Source of the DNA: Eubacteriales bacterium
GTDB lineage: Bacteria > Bacillota > Clostridia > Oscillospirales > CAG-272
DNA length: 64,000 nucleotides
Reading direction: 5' to 3'
NCBI GenBank assembly: GCA_045546375.1
Contig: JAZQCR010000128.1
Coordinates: forward strand, 192-64,191
Of the stretch, positions 1 through 9,515 are shown piece by piece (positions within the stretch are counted from its first letter, which is position 1; each line of letters begins with the position of its first letter). The notes under the pieces were generated by a model. The model was not told the DNA's origin, did no database searches, and saw only the letters and a program-made list of their open reading frames with translations. The position numbers were made by a program, and so were the translations under genes.

Positions 1-90
1 GCTTGAACTTTTATAGTTCAGATCCCTACAATTGAGTTTCCGTTCAATTTACTCTTATTCAGTTTTCAGTGAATATTCACTTGAAAAAAT

Positions 91-166
91 GCACCTTTAG
101 CTCAGTTGGTAGAGCAACTGACTCTTAATCAGTGGGTCCCGGGTTCGAATCCCTGAAGGTGCACCA
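91..166 (+). tRNA. tRNA-Lys (anticodon CTT), CCA encoded
   Basis: Cloverleaf read by eye. The acceptor GCACCTT pairs with AAGGTGC. D-arm is GCTC/GAGC, the anticodon stem ACTGA/TCAGT carries loop CTCTTAA, the T-arm is CCGGG-TTCGAAT-CCCTG, and the gene ends in ACCA. Confidence 0.9.
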
Positions 167-170
167 TAAA

Positions 171-410
<240 letters not shown>

Positions 411-492
411 CACACCTATAAGCCCCGGACCGAGACGTCCGGCTTATGTGTCTTATAGGAACATTCGGGGTCACAGAGCACCCCGATCATAT

Positions 493-568
<76 letters not shown>

Positions 569-571
569 CTG

Positions 572-620
572 GAAAGCCTGTAAGCATTAAAGTTTATGGG
601 CTTTCTTAATTTTATTTTGT
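572..620 (+). terminator. Rho-independent terminator after the RNA gene cluster
   Basis: Stem GAAAGCC (572-578) pairs with GGCTTTC (599-605), followed by a T-rich tract TTAATTTTATTTT. Confidence 0.6.
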
Positions 621-729
621 TCGCATTTTTTATAACAATATCGTGTTAATGATTGTTAACCGTAAGAAATTTGATCGGATGATTGTAAACCGAAATTTTG
701 AGATTACGCCGTTGACGTTGATTGGTTTG

Positions 730-771
730 AAAAAGCCTATGGATAGTTTTGAACTATCCATAGGCTTTTTT
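730..771. terminator. Strong, possibly bidirectional hairpin terminator
   Basis: AAAAAGCCTATGGATAGTT (730-748) pairs with AACTATCCATAGGCTTTTT (752-770). There is an A-run on one side and a T-run on the other. Confidence 0.7.
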
Positions 772-946
772 CGTTTCTAATTTGCTCAGTTATTAAAATA
801 ACTGTAATCTTATTCTTAACTTTTTGCATTCTATCACAGATTTTCAGCAGTTTACCCCAGATTACTATTTCATGTGCGTTAGTGTGATAGACTTGACAAT
901 GAAGGGATTACCTTCATTATCCTTCATTCTAGAGATTTTCCTGTGT

Positions 947-970
947 TTACAAATTAGACATTATTTGTAA
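947..970. promoter_or_regulatory. Candidate operator (perfect 8-bp inverted repeat) upstream of the XRE gene
   Basis: TTACAAAT (947-954) and ATTTGTAA (963-970) are separated by 8 bp and lie about 60 bp upstream of the 1032 start codon. Confidence 0.3.
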
Positions 971-1031
971 GAGTTCTTCGTGTACAGTCAAGCACCACCT
1001 CCTTAAAATTATTCGGAAGGAGGTGATAATT

Positions 1032-1250
1032 ATGTACTTTACTCGTCATTTTGGTCGAATTGTCAGAGAACGTAGAGAACGTCGTGGTATGACAATTTTT
1101 CAGCTTGCTGAAAAGTGTGATATGAGTGAAAGAGGTCTGGAACTCATAGAACTGGGCGATTCTGATCCCAAGCTATCTAACGCATTGAATATTGCAAAGG
1201 TATTAGAGTTGGATATTGGTGAATTGAATATCTGCCTACCCAATGGGTAA
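1032..1250 (+). CDS. XRE-family helix-turn-helix transcriptional regulator
   Basis: HTH_3-like sequence RERRGMTIFQLAEKCDMSERGLELIELGDSDPKLSNALNIAKVL. The RBS GGAAGGAGG lies 8 nt before the ATG at 1032; the ORF-track start at 1023 is a GTG inside that RBS. Confidence 0.8.
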   Translation: MYFTRHFGRIVRERRERRGMTIFQLAEKCDMSERGLELIELGDSDPKLSNALNIAKVLELDIGELNICLPNG

Positions 1251-1289
1251 TTCTAATTGTACTTTTGACTGATTGAAAGGAGTTGCAGC

Positions 1290-1520
1290 TTGGATTATAA
1301 GTACATAGTCGTTTGTAGTAACTATCTGAATGGGAGTCGAACACGCATTGCTTATGGATTGGCAGTCGTAGATTGCAATGAGGATGACACTATCATCCTT
1401 AAAAGCTATCCTGATTTGTCCGGAGATTTTGCAGAAGTTGAGAAATTGGCGATTTCATGCAATGAATATGAGCTTGACATTATTCATTTAGATGACATTA
1501 TAGAAGACTTTTTAGAATGA
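1290..1520 (+). CDS. Small hypothetical protein (76 aa), TTG start
   Basis: ORF with RBS GAAAGGAG 7 nt upstream of the TTG, followed by a terminator. No motif recognised. Confidence 0.55.
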   Translation: MDYKYIVVCSNYLNGSRTRIAYGLAVVDCNEDDTIILKSYPDLSGDFAEVEKLAISCNEYELDIIHLDDIIEDFLE

Positions 1521-1523
1521 AGG

Positions 1524-1568
1524 AAGCCGAAAGTACGTATATAAACGCGCTTTCGGCTTTTCTTATTC
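1524..1568 (+). terminator. Rho-independent terminator
   Basis: AAGCCGAAAG (1524-1533) pairs with CTTTCGGCTT (1550-1559), followed by TTTCTTATTCTT. Confidence 0.65.
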
Positions 1569-1655
1569 TTATCTTATTTTTGAGGTGATGAAAAATATGG
1601 CGTGAATTATTAGATGTTAACGAGTCTAAAAACATAAAATAAGGAGGTATCACTA

Positions 1656-2261
1656 ATGGCAATAGTTTTCTCAAAAGTTTTATTAAACTCTGAAAATCAG
1701 CAAACAGAGTTTTGGGTGTGCGGCATACCACACGGGATGGAAGATCTCGAATGCTATAAATCGTTTGAAGATTTTTTAGATGAACTTGATTCGGATGACG
1801 TAAACGCTGTGGTACAGACGTATCTGTATGGTGAGGGAGAAACACATACGGCATCATTTGAAGAACTGATATATATGCTGCAGCGGATGGAGCATGATGA
1901 AGACTTTTTAACCAAGCGATGTACATGCCTTGAAAACAGTAGCTTCAGTTTCTCATACATAGAGTCAGAATTATACGGCGATGTATCGGGCGAGCGTGAA
2001 CATCCCAAACTGATAGGATACTCAGAAAAAGGAGAACCCACAGAACTTAATTCCATAAAAGAAGTAGCAGAATATATTCATACCGAAGGACAAAAGGGAG
2101 ATGTGACCATCACTTACGAGGATGGGAGCTTCTGCCTCAATACCTTCGGTGTTTTTATTGATCGTATTTCAGATATGGAGTATCGAGAGGAACTGTTAAA
2201 AGAACTCGTGCCCAAACAGCTTGAATTAACGGGTAATGCTAATTTAACGATGAGTATGTGA
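1656..2261 (+). CDS. Hypothetical acidic protein (201 aa)
   Basis: ORF with RBS AAGGAGG upstream. No motif recognised. Confidence 0.6.
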   Translation: MAIVFSKVLLNSENQQTEFWVCGIPHGMEDLECYKSFEDFLDELDSDDVNAVVQTYLYGEGETHTASFEELIYMLQRMEHDEDFLTKRCTCLENSSFSFSYIESELYGDVSGEREHPKLIGYSEKGEPTELNSIKEVAEYIHTEGQKGDVTITYEDGSFCLNTFGVFIDRISDMEYREELLKELVPKQLELTGNANLTMSM

Positions 2262-2276
2262 TAGGAGGTGATAGCA

Positions 2277-2576
2277 ATGACCGAATGGGAAAGAAATAAC
2301 CGAATGGCGGAGGTGTACCGCGAAAGATATAAGCCGGGTACAAGATTAATGCTTTTATCGATGGAAGATCCTTTTGCGCCAATAGCACCTGGTACAAAAG
2401 GTACGGTGGTGCACGTGGATGACCAAGCTCAAATACACATGAGATGGGATAACGGCCGTACGCTGGCAATTATACCCGGTGAAGACGGTTTCAGAGAACT
2501 TACCGCACAGGAACTCGAAGAAGAACTGAATGCGAAAATAACGTCAAATAAAGACACTTTTACAATAGGAATGTGA
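2277..2576 (+). CDS. DUF4314-like small protein
   Basis: The sequence PGTRLMLLSMEDPFAPIAPGTKGTVVHVDDQAQIHMRWDNGRTLAIIPGEDGF resembles the DUF4314 signature common in Firmicutes conjugative elements. The ATG at 2277 follows the RBS GGAGGTG. Confidence 0.65.
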   Translation: MTEWERNNRMAEVYRERYKPGTRLMLLSMEDPFAPIAPGTKGTVVHVDDQAQIHMRWDNGRTLAIIPGEDGFRELTAQELEEELNAKITSNKDTFTIGM

Positions 2577-2619
2577 GGTGATGGGGTAATAACATACATC
2601 AGCAAAGCGCTGATGTTTT

Positions 2620-3885
2620 ATGTCTATCAGATATTTAGATATGTTTGCCGGTATCGGCGGATTCAGAAGCGGACTTGGCGCAGTAGGCGGCTTTGAATGT
2701 GTCGGGTACTGCGAAATAGATAAATATGCAAAACAAGCCTATGAAGCAATGTATGATACGAAGGGAGAGGTGTATTATGAAGATGCTACAACCATCGACC
2801 CTGAAGGATTGCCGGATATCGATCTTATTTGCGGAGGCTTTCCTTGTCAGGCTTTTTCAATTGCTGGAAAGCGGGGCGGATTTAACGATGCAAGAGGAAC
2901 CTTGTTCTTCGAAATTGCCAGAATTGCCGCCGTTAAAAGACCTACATTTTTGCTCCTTGAAAATGTTCCCGGATTGTTATCGCATGACGGGGGCAGGACG
3001 TTTGCGACCATCCTCAATACGCTTTCAGACCTGGGGTATGATGTCACGTGGCAGGTGCTTAACAGCAAGGATTTTGGTGTTCCCCAATCAAGAAAGAGAG
3101 TGTATATTATCGGATATCTTAGAGACAGATGTGCCGGAGAAATACTATCTTTCACAGAGACAAATGGAAAAACTCTTGATAAACGCATACCCGGACGTGA
3201 AGGAAAGCGAGTCTATTCCACAGATGGACTAGCGGTGACATTAACAAGTGAGGCAGGGGGATTTGGCGGCAAGACAGGACTCTATGAAATAAGTTTACCT
3301 ATTAAGGTAAAAACTAAAGCGGGGTATCAGGAAGCTCATCCGGGTGACAGTATTGATCTCGCATATCCAAATATAAATTCAAGACGCGGACGGGTCGGTA
3401 ATCAAATCGCGCATACAGTCACTCCCGGTAATACTCAAGGACTATTCTTTATAGACATGAACGCTGAACCAAAAATAACGGACGTTGCCAGGTGTATTAC
3501 TGCAAGGCAGAATGCCGGGGTCAGCAATCGAAAGGGAGAACATTCCGCCGTGTTGGTCGAATCAGAACCAAGGGCAATACTTACTCCCGAAAAAGAAAAT
3601 GTTCGTCAACAAGGACGAAGAATGAATCGTCCAAATGAGCCAATGTTTACTGTCACTGTACAAGATCGGCATGGTATTGTGAGGTGCGGAAAGGTGAGAA
3701 GACTTATGCCCATTGAATGTTGGAGATTACAGGGGTTTACAGATGAGCAGTTTTATAAAGCGGCGAGCACGGGGTTGTCTGATGGGAGATTATATAAGAT
3801 GGCAGGTAATGCAGTAAGTGTTCCTGTTATATCCGCTTTGGGTGAGAAGATAAAGAAGATTTATGCCAATAATATTATTGAATAA
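2620..3885 (+). CDS. DNA (cytosine-5)-methyltransferase, orphan
   Basis: The canonical C5-MTase motifs are present in order: FAGIGG (I), GGFPCQAFS (IV), ENV (VI), QSRKRVYIIG (VIII) and GNAVSVPV (X). There is no adjacent restriction endonuclease candidate. Confidence 0.95.
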   Translation: MSIRYLDMFAGIGGFRSGLGAVGGFECVGYCEIDKYAKQAYEAMYDTKGEVYYEDATTIDPEGLPDIDLICGGFPCQAFSIAGKRGGFNDARGTLFFEIARIAAVKRPTFLLLENVPGLLSHDGGRTFATILNTLSDLGYDVTWQVLNSKDFGVPQSRKRVYIIGYLRDRCAGEILSFTETNGKTLDKRIPGREGKRVYSTDGLAVTLTSEAGGFGGKTGLYEISLPIKVKTKAGYQEAHPGDSIDLAYPNINSRRGRVGNQIAHTVTPGNTQGLFFIDMNAEPKITDVARCITARQNAGVSNRKGEHSAVLVESEPRAILTPEKENVRQQGRRMNRPNEPMFTVTVQDRHGIVRCGKVRRLMPIECWRLQGFTDEQFYKAASTGLSDGRLYKMAGNAVSVPVISALGEKIKKIYANNIIE

Positions 3886-3908
3886 AAACGTAGTATTTGC
3901 AAAAACTA

Positions 3909-3937
3909 TTGACAATATCACGGTTGACCGATATAAT
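3909..3937 (+). promoter_or_regulatory. Consensus sigma-A-type promoter
   Basis: TTGACA (3909-3914), a 17-nt spacer, then TATAAT (3932-3937). It lies about 20 nt upstream of the RBS GAGGTG and the ATG at 3959. Confidence 0.6.
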
Positions 3938-3958
3938 ATTGTTGAGGTGAATTGCGCA

Positions 3959-4525
3959 ATGATAAATGAATTGCTGAAAAATCAAAACATAACAAAATAT
4001 CGGTTGGCAAAGGATAGTGGTATTCCTTATACAACTATAAGTGATATTTGCAGCGGTAGAGCGCAAATTGAAAAATGCTCTGCCGAAACTATATATAGAA
4101 TTTCGAAAGTGCTTAACGTTCCAATGGAAAGTCTGATAGAGCATTGCTTTGATAAGCGCATAGATTTTGAACTGTTTAAAAGTAATACTTGTCACAGACT
4201 GAAAGAGCTCGGTGATATTGATTTCCTTATTGAGCTTTTGGAGGCGGATCAGATCCGTGAGTATTACAATAAAAAATGGTATCCGGAATGCTTGTATCTT
4301 CTTGCTATGCTTGATTACGTAAGCAGAGAAAACTATATTCCGATTTGTACACAATATGACGATATGCGTGGCATGAAATTGAAACACATGCTTTATCCGC
4401 AAAGTGTGTTAGTTGCATCTAAAATAATGAAGAACGATGATGTAAAAGAACGTTCTGTGAAGGAAGCTATTCCTGAATTTATGCGTTTCAATATCGTAGA
4501 AAGCGAGGTGCGAAATGTCATCTAA
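3959..4525 (+). CDS. HTH (XRE-like) domain protein with an unknown C-terminal domain
   Basis: The N-terminus MINELLKNQNITKYRLAKDSGIPYTTISDICSGRAQIEKCSAETIYRISKVLNV is HTH_3-like. The gene overlaps the next gene by 11 nt. The ORF-track start at 3863 lies upstream of the consensus promoter, so ATG 3959 is preferred. Confidence 0.7.
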   Translation: MINELLKNQNITKYRLAKDSGIPYTTISDICSGRAQIEKCSAETIYRISKVLNVPMESLIEHCFDKRIDFELFKSNTCHRLKELGDIDFLIELLEADQIREYYNKKWYPECLYLLAMLDYVSRENYIPICTQYDDMRGMKLKHMLYPQSVLVASKIMKNDDVKERSVKEAIPEFMRFNIVESEVRNVI

Positions 4526-5228
4526 CAGCTTTACAAAAGAGAACCTTGATACTTATTTGAAGGAGTTGGCAAAGGAGTTTAGGAGGGCTAACGGAAAAAA
4601 CGTGTCTGCAGAAATCGTTTTGGTTGGCGGTGCTGCAATACTAACAAATTACGGTTTCCGTGAAATGACAACAGATATTGATGCGGCTATTTATGCGTCA
4701 TCTTCATTAAAGGATGCGATCAATCGCGTAGGAGATAAATTTGACCTCCCGAACGGTTGGTTAAACTCGGATTTTATGCGTACGGGATCGTATTCTCCTA
4801 AACTGAATGAATTCTCCGTTTATTATAAAACTTTTTATGGAGTTATTTCTGTTCGCACAATTTCGGCTGAATATTTAATTGCTATGAAGTTGCGTTCCGG
4901 CAGGAAATACAAAAATGATCTGTCTGACATAATTGGAATATTAGCTGAACACGAAAAGGTAGGTAATACAATTTCTATCCAAAAGATAGAAACGGCGGTT
5001 ATGAATCTTTACGGCGGTTGGGATGATTTCCCTGAGGATTCCAGATCATTTATTGAAGACGCTATCAAAAACGGTGAGTATGAAAGCGTATATAATTCTG
5101 TGAAGAGCGAAGAGATCGAGGCAAGAGATATTTTACTTGATTTCGGAAATAACTATCCCAATGTCGCAAAAGAATCCAATGTGAATGACATATTAAAAAC
5201 TCTGAAAAGCAAAAGAGACAATAATTGA
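4515..5228 (+). CDS. Nucleotidyltransferase-fold protein (DUF6036 / AbiEii-like)
   Basis: The N-terminal VLVGGAAILTNYGFREMTTDIDAAIY fits the minimal NTase pattern (GG...x...DxD). The gene is translationally coupled to the upstream HTH gene. Confidence 0.55.
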   Translation: MSSNSFTKENLDTYLKELAKEFRRANGKNVSAEIVLVGGAAILTNYGFREMTTDIDAAIYASSSLKDAINRVGDKFDLPNGWLNSDFMRTGSYSPKLNEFSVYYKTFYGVISVRTISAEYLIAMKLRSGRKYKNDLSDIIGILAEHEKVGNTISIQKIETAVMNLYGGWDDFPEDSRSFIEDAIKNGEYESVYNSVKSEEIEARDILLDFGNNYPNVAKESNVNDILKTLKSKRDNN

Positions 5229-5354
5229 CACGGTGTGTTTGTGCTGTAATATTGATAAATATTATAGCTACCGGAGTTGTTGATAGACAAGGTAACAGAC
5301 TGTGTGCAAGCAAGACAATAAACCAAGAATACAATTAATGCAGACGGGAACAGA

Positions 5355-5807
5355 ATGATGGAAATTGTTGAGATACGGGCAAAGGGGAAAGAGATAGAGC
5401 TATCTGAAGAGGTGCGTTATTATATGCTCATGCAGGTGCCGAATGGAAGACTAACGAGAGATCAGGATATACGAGAGTATTTAGGCAAATTGTATGGAGC
5501 GTCATATATTGATTTCATCACACCATTGCGTATGAGAGCGATCCTTGATTACGATAAGTATATATATCGCATTTTGGATAATGTTCCGTTTCATCGCGAG
5601 GTGTCATCATTGGGATACACTTATAACCCGGAGTATATAAAGAAGTTAAAAGAAGAGGGATTTGTTATACTTCCTAAATCCGGCAATAGAACCGAACGAG
5701 TGGAAGATTATAAAAAGTACTTGTTTGATTTTGAAAAGGAATCATCCGTTGACCTTTCAGTTTTAGAAAAGATAAGCAGAGAAGGTATCGAATCGTATCT
5801 GAAATAA
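5355..5807 (+). CDS. Hypothetical protein (150 aa)
   Basis: ORF followed by a terminator. It resembles MGMT/Atl-type DNA-binding domains only weakly (QVPNGRLTRDQDIREYLG), which is not enough for a call. Confidence 0.5.
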   Translation: MMEIVEIRAKGKEIELSEEVRYYMLMQVPNGRLTRDQDIREYLGKLYGASYIDFITPLRMRAILDYDKYIYRILDNVPFHREVSSLGYTYNPEYIKKLKEEGFVILPKSGNRTERVEDYKKYLFDFEKESSVDLSVLEKISREGIESYLK

Positions 5808-5813
5808 ACAGTT

Positions 5814-5848
5814 ACAGCGTCGTGTTAAATCACGGCGCTGTTTCTTTA
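5814..5848 (+). terminator. Rho-independent terminator
   Basis: ACAGCGTCGTG pairs with CACGGCGCTGT, followed by TTTCTTT. Confidence 0.5.
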
Positions 5849-6011
5849 GTAAGCAATAAGTCCGCAGGCTTATTGTTGAAATAACGCAAAATGTGAAAAT
5901 AAATAACACGAAAGAAGACAAAGTGAATTAATGTGTCGTATTTTGACCATGAGACAGGTAAACGCATAAGCGAGCCTGTCTTTTTTTGTTTTAGAAAGGA
6001 AGGGATAATGT

Positions 6012-6770
6012 ATGCCGAATTACGTAACAAACTGTATAACGCTAAAAGGTGACCAGGGGCGTATCAAAGAACTGCGAGACGCTATTATGAATGATGAGAA
6101 AAGAATAGGTAGTATGGATTTCAATAAGATAATTCCCATGCCGGAGTCACTGAATATCGTGTGCGGAAGCGATAGTGACAGAGGCCTAAAGTGGTATACC
6201 GACTTTATTTCCGTATATCTATTCGGACGCGATCTAGAAAAAGTGGATACTTTGAACATTCCTCCCGAGCGTGAGGAAGTATTCTTAAAAATGCGCACAG
6301 ATATCGATAGAGACACATTCGATCTCGGAAGAGCCGCGTATCAGAATATTCTAAAATACGGAGCGCCCACATGGTATGAATGGAGCATCCAAAATTGGGG
6401 AACAAAGTGGAATGCAATTATGCCGGATACGGGCTACGATAGCTATGACGAAACCATAATAGCTATGGATACCGCATGGAGTGCGCCTCATCCTGTAGTA
6501 GCCAAGCTTGCACAAATGTATCCGGATATTGAATTCACGCACGAGTGGGCAGATGAAGATATCGGTAATAACTGCGGTAGATACGTTTATCGTGATGGTA
6601 TAAGAGTCGATGAGTATTTCCCCGAAACAAATAAAGAAGCCGTAGAATTTGCGGCGTACGTAATGGATAGCAATCCTTCGGATTGGGGATTGAAACTCAA
6701 TGAAGCGGGCACAGAATATGAGTATTCGCCTGGAAATATTTCAGAAGATATTGGAGAGATGCAGTTATGA
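6012..6770 (+). CDS. DUF1281 / Api92-like (YubB ferredoxin-like) protein
   Basis: N-terminal MPNYVTNCITLKG...MDFNKIIPMPESL and the internal WGTKWNA resemble the DUF1281 family seen on plasmids and ICEs. Confidence 0.65.
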   Translation: MPNYVTNCITLKGDQGRIKELRDAIMNDEKRIGSMDFNKIIPMPESLNIVCGSDSDRGLKWYTDFISVYLFGRDLEKVDTLNIPPEREEVFLKMRTDIDRDTFDLGRAAYQNILKYGAPTWYEWSIQNWGTKWNAIMPDTGYDSYDETIIAMDTAWSAPHPVVAKLAQMYPDIEFTHEWADEDIGNNCGRYVYRDGIRVDEYFPETNKEAVEFAAYVMDSNPSDWGLKLNEAGTEYEYSPGNISEDIGEMQL

Positions 6771-7357
6771 GTATTGTAGAGATCAAGAAAGAAAACTTAA
6801 AAGAATTGTCAGGGCAAGAAGGCCTTATACTTCGCGGATGCGGCGGAGAGATACAGGAGTGGATTGATGGCATCAATGAACTGTTTACAGATGAAAAGAT
6901 ACTACTGAACGACACCGTATTCAGCGATTGCTATTTTTTTAAGGACAAGGATATCACCTGCATACTGTTTCCCTTTAAAGATGTCGAACTGAATGTTACT
7001 AAGCTTGCAATGTGGCGAATCGCAACCAGTGAAAATTTAGGCGGAATGTGGCTCTCGGATTACATAGACAATCATTTGGATGTAGCGGAACAGCATAAGT
7101 CTACGGAAAGGCAAAAACCAGACTGTCCGCTAATAGGTCAGGATGGAAACATCTTTAATCTTATGGGTATAGCTTCAAGAACTTTGCGCGAAAACGGGAT
7201 GGGAGATGAAGCTAAAGAAATGTGTGAGCGGATACGCGGTTCAGGCAGCTATTATGAAGCGCTTAACATTATCGGTGAATATGTGAATATTACTTCGTTA
7301 GACGAGGGAGAAGAGCCGGGAGATGAAGATGTGTGGGACAGAGAAATGACGTTATGA
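6767..7357 (+). CDS. Hypothetical protein (196 aa)
   Basis: ORF overlapping the previous stop by 4 nt (ATGA). No motif recognised. Confidence 0.6.
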   Translation: MSIVEIKKENLKELSGQEGLILRGCGGEIQEWIDGINELFTDEKILLNDTVFSDCYFFKDKDITCILFPFKDVELNVTKLAMWRIATSENLGGMWLSDYIDNHLDVAEQHKSTERQKPDCPLIGQDGNIFNLMGIASRTLRENGMGDEAKEMCERIRGSGSYYEALNIIGEYVNITSLDEGEEPGDEDVWDREMTL

Positions 7358-7415
7358 CGAGAGCGGGCGTATGATATAATGTGCACGAAACATAATTAAT
7401 TAAGATATAGCGGTA

Positions 7416-8447
7416 TTGATGCGAAAAAAGCATTGGTACCGCTTTTTTCGTTGCAAAAGGGAGGTGAGCAGTATTAAAACACCTGTATCGCGTGTGGGTA
7501 ACAAAACATCAATCCTTCACATTTTGTACGCCTTGTTTCCTCTCAAATATGAAAGGTTCATAGATGTATTCGGTGGCTCGGGAAGTGTGCTGCTTGGTAA
7601 GCCTACTATTGATTCATTCGAGGTGTATAACGACTTTGACAGGAACCTTACAAATCTTTTTCATTGCATGAAGGATAGAACGATGGCTACTATCAGGGAA
7701 CTTGGGTTTTGTAATCTGAATTCAAGAGAAGATTTTATAGCCACAAGAACGTTCTTTCGTCATGAAGGATTTGACGATAGGTATCTGAGTGATGAATTGC
7801 AATTGACAGAGATCACGTTCCCTGAGCCCGCGGCAGAGGAACTTAAGGAAATGCGAAGGCTAATAACTGATGATCATGATGTGCGAAGAGCGGCGATGTT
7901 CTTAAAGCTGCTCAGATACAGCTATTCAAGTAGTGGCAAGTCTTATGCTTCACAGCCGTTTGACATCAGAAGATTATTCGGACTTATTCGGGAACTGGAA
8001 GATAGAATGGCAAACGTTGTGATAGAAACCCAAGATTTTGAGACGCTGATCAAGCATTATGATCGACCGGATACCTTCTTCTATTTGGATCCCCCATACT
8101 ATTCTACCGAAGATATGTATGAAGCGGATTTTGGGAGGGATGACCACGAGAGGCTCAGGGATACCCTCAAGAACATCAAAGGAAAGTTCTTGCTCTCATA
8201 TAACGACTGTCCTCAGATACGGGAGCTATACGAGGGATATTCTATGTTCGATTTTTCAAGGACTCATTCAATGGTTCAGCGTTATGAGGCGGGCAAAGAG
8301 TTTAAAGAACTGCTTATAGGCAACTATGATCTTTTTGAGCGGGAACAGGGAAAGCCCAAGCAATTATCGCTGTTCGATGTTTACGGCGAAGAACACTATG
8401 ATTACGAGAAAATATTAAAGGAGAGTATTATACAATGCAGAATGTGA
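7416..8447 (+). CDS. N6-adenine DNA methyltransferase (D12/Dam class), orphan; start codon uncertain
   Basis: Carries SRVGNK, DVFGGSGSV (the AdoMet-binding FxGxG motif) and FYLDPPYY (the catalytic DPPY motif). A hairpin CGAAAAAAGC/GCTTTTTTCG (7423-7450) and an RBS AAGGGAGG (7457-7463) lie inside the 5' end of the listed ORF. The true start is therefore probably near 7464-7473. Confidence 0.9.
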   Translation: MMRKKHWYRFFRCKREVSSIKTPVSRVGNKTSILHILYALFPLKYERFIDVFGGSGSVLLGKPTIDSFEVYNDFDRNLTNLFHCMKDRTMATIRELGFCNLNSREDFIATRTFFRHEGFDDRYLSDELQLTEITFPEPAAEELKEMRRLITDDHDVRRAAMFLKLLRYSYSSSGKSYASQPFDIRRLFGLIRELEDRMANVVIETQDFETLIKHYDRPDTFFYLDPPYYSTEDMYEADFGRDDHERLRDTLKNIKGKFLLSYNDCPQIRELYEGYSMFDFSRTHSMVQRYEAGKEFKELLIGNYDLFEREQGKPKQLSLFDVYGEEHYDYEKILKESIIQCRM

Positions 8448-8818
8448 AAAAGAACGACGAAGGGTTAGATAAAGAAAAGAACAGATATGCGTTACTGCGC
8501 CGTATTCTCGGGAAGAGAGGACGTATCACAATTCCATATGAGCTAAGGAGGCAGATCGGATTTAAATATAATGACGTTCTGTCTTTTTCGGTTACGGAGA
8601 GCAAGGATGCGATCATTATCAAACGAGAGAAGCTTTGCGATAACTGCGGTAGCGTGAAAACGACTTCCGGTATCGAAACTGACGAAATGACTCTGCTGGA
8701 CTTTCTTAACGATCTATCCCCCGAGCAGATGAAAGCAGCTCTTGTACATCTTTCGGTAAAGTGGGCTGAAATGCAGAGTCAAGATAGCAATACAAAGAAA
8801 ACTGAGGGAGGAATGTAA
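8435..8818 (+). CDS. AbrB/SpoVT-domain DNA-binding protein
   Basis: GRITIPYELRRQIGFKYNDVLSFSV is a SpoVT-AbrB swapped-hairpin motif. Confidence 0.75.
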   Translation: MQNVKKNDEGLDKEKNRYALLRRILGKRGRITIPYELRRQIGFKYNDVLSFSVTESKDAIIIKREKLCDNCGSVKTTSGIETDEMTLLDFLNDLSPEQMKAALVHLSVKWAEMQSQDSNTKKTEGGM

Positions 8819-8819
8819 T

Positions 8820-9503
8820 ATGCGAGTAGAGATTTATCAGATAGATATGGATAGGGACGAAAAAGGAGTTAAAGTCCATGACCTTGAATTCTCTCAAAAG
8901 CTGCTTGGTACAGATAAGATCAACGCTGAACTATATGAAGAGGTGTTCAGCGCAGAGCTGGATGTCAAGGACCCCGAAGAGGTATATCAGATCTTTAATA
9001 CCGAAGGACATCCTTTGCACCGTGGGCATTCTATGTCTGTATCTGACGTGATCGTTATGAACGGAAAGGCGTATTATTGCCAACGGGTAGGTTTTGCAGA
9101 GGTGGAGTTTGACGAAAAGCTTACACATAAGCCGGATAACCTTATGAGGGTGGTATACGTAGAGCCGGGCAAGCCTGCCTATCAAGCAGAGATAGGAAAA
9201 ACTCTCGAGGCAGAACAGAAGGCTGTGGGCGGATTAATTGAGGCTATCTATTATGACGATAATATTTGTCTTATCGCAAACGAAGAGTCAAAGCTTATCG
9301 GCATGAGTGGTAACAGAAGGATCGGGGACGGCACGTCAATTATCGCCGGTCCCTTTTTTGTATGCGGTATTGACGGTGAGAATTTCCGATCACTAAGCGA
9401 AGAGGAGGTGGTGAAATACATGGATGAGTTCAGTGTTCCCGAAGAGATAAGTCGGGAAGAGGTAGAAGCCGATACCGGTTTCACAATGTTTTTTTCAATG
9501 TAG
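8820..9503 (+). CDS. YodL-like plus DUF3846-like two-domain protein
   Basis: The N-terminal IYQIDMD...VYQIFNTEGHPLHRGHSMSVSDVIV is YodL-like. The C-terminal VVYVEPGKPAYQAEIGKTLEAEQKAVGGLIEAIYYDDNICLIANEES...GPFFVCG is DUF3846-like. Confidence 0.65.
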   Translation: MRVEIYQIDMDRDEKGVKVHDLEFSQKLLGTDKINAELYEEVFSAELDVKDPEEVYQIFNTEGHPLHRGHSMSVSDVIVMNGKAYYCQRVGFAEVEFDEKLTHKPDNLMRVVYVEPGKPAYQAEIGKTLEAEQKAVGGLIEAIYYDDNICLIANEESKLIGMSGNRRIGDGTSIIAGPFFVCGIDGENFRSLSEEEVVKYMDEFSVPEEISREEVEADTGFTMFFSM

Positions 9504-9515
9504 GAGGAAGAGAAA

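Noticed and set aside
2726-3232. 168-aa alternative-frame ORF and 113-aa antisense ORF inside the cytosine methyltransferase gene
   Set aside because: The main frame carries all ordered C5-MTase motifs, and the alternative frames carry no motifs or translation signals.
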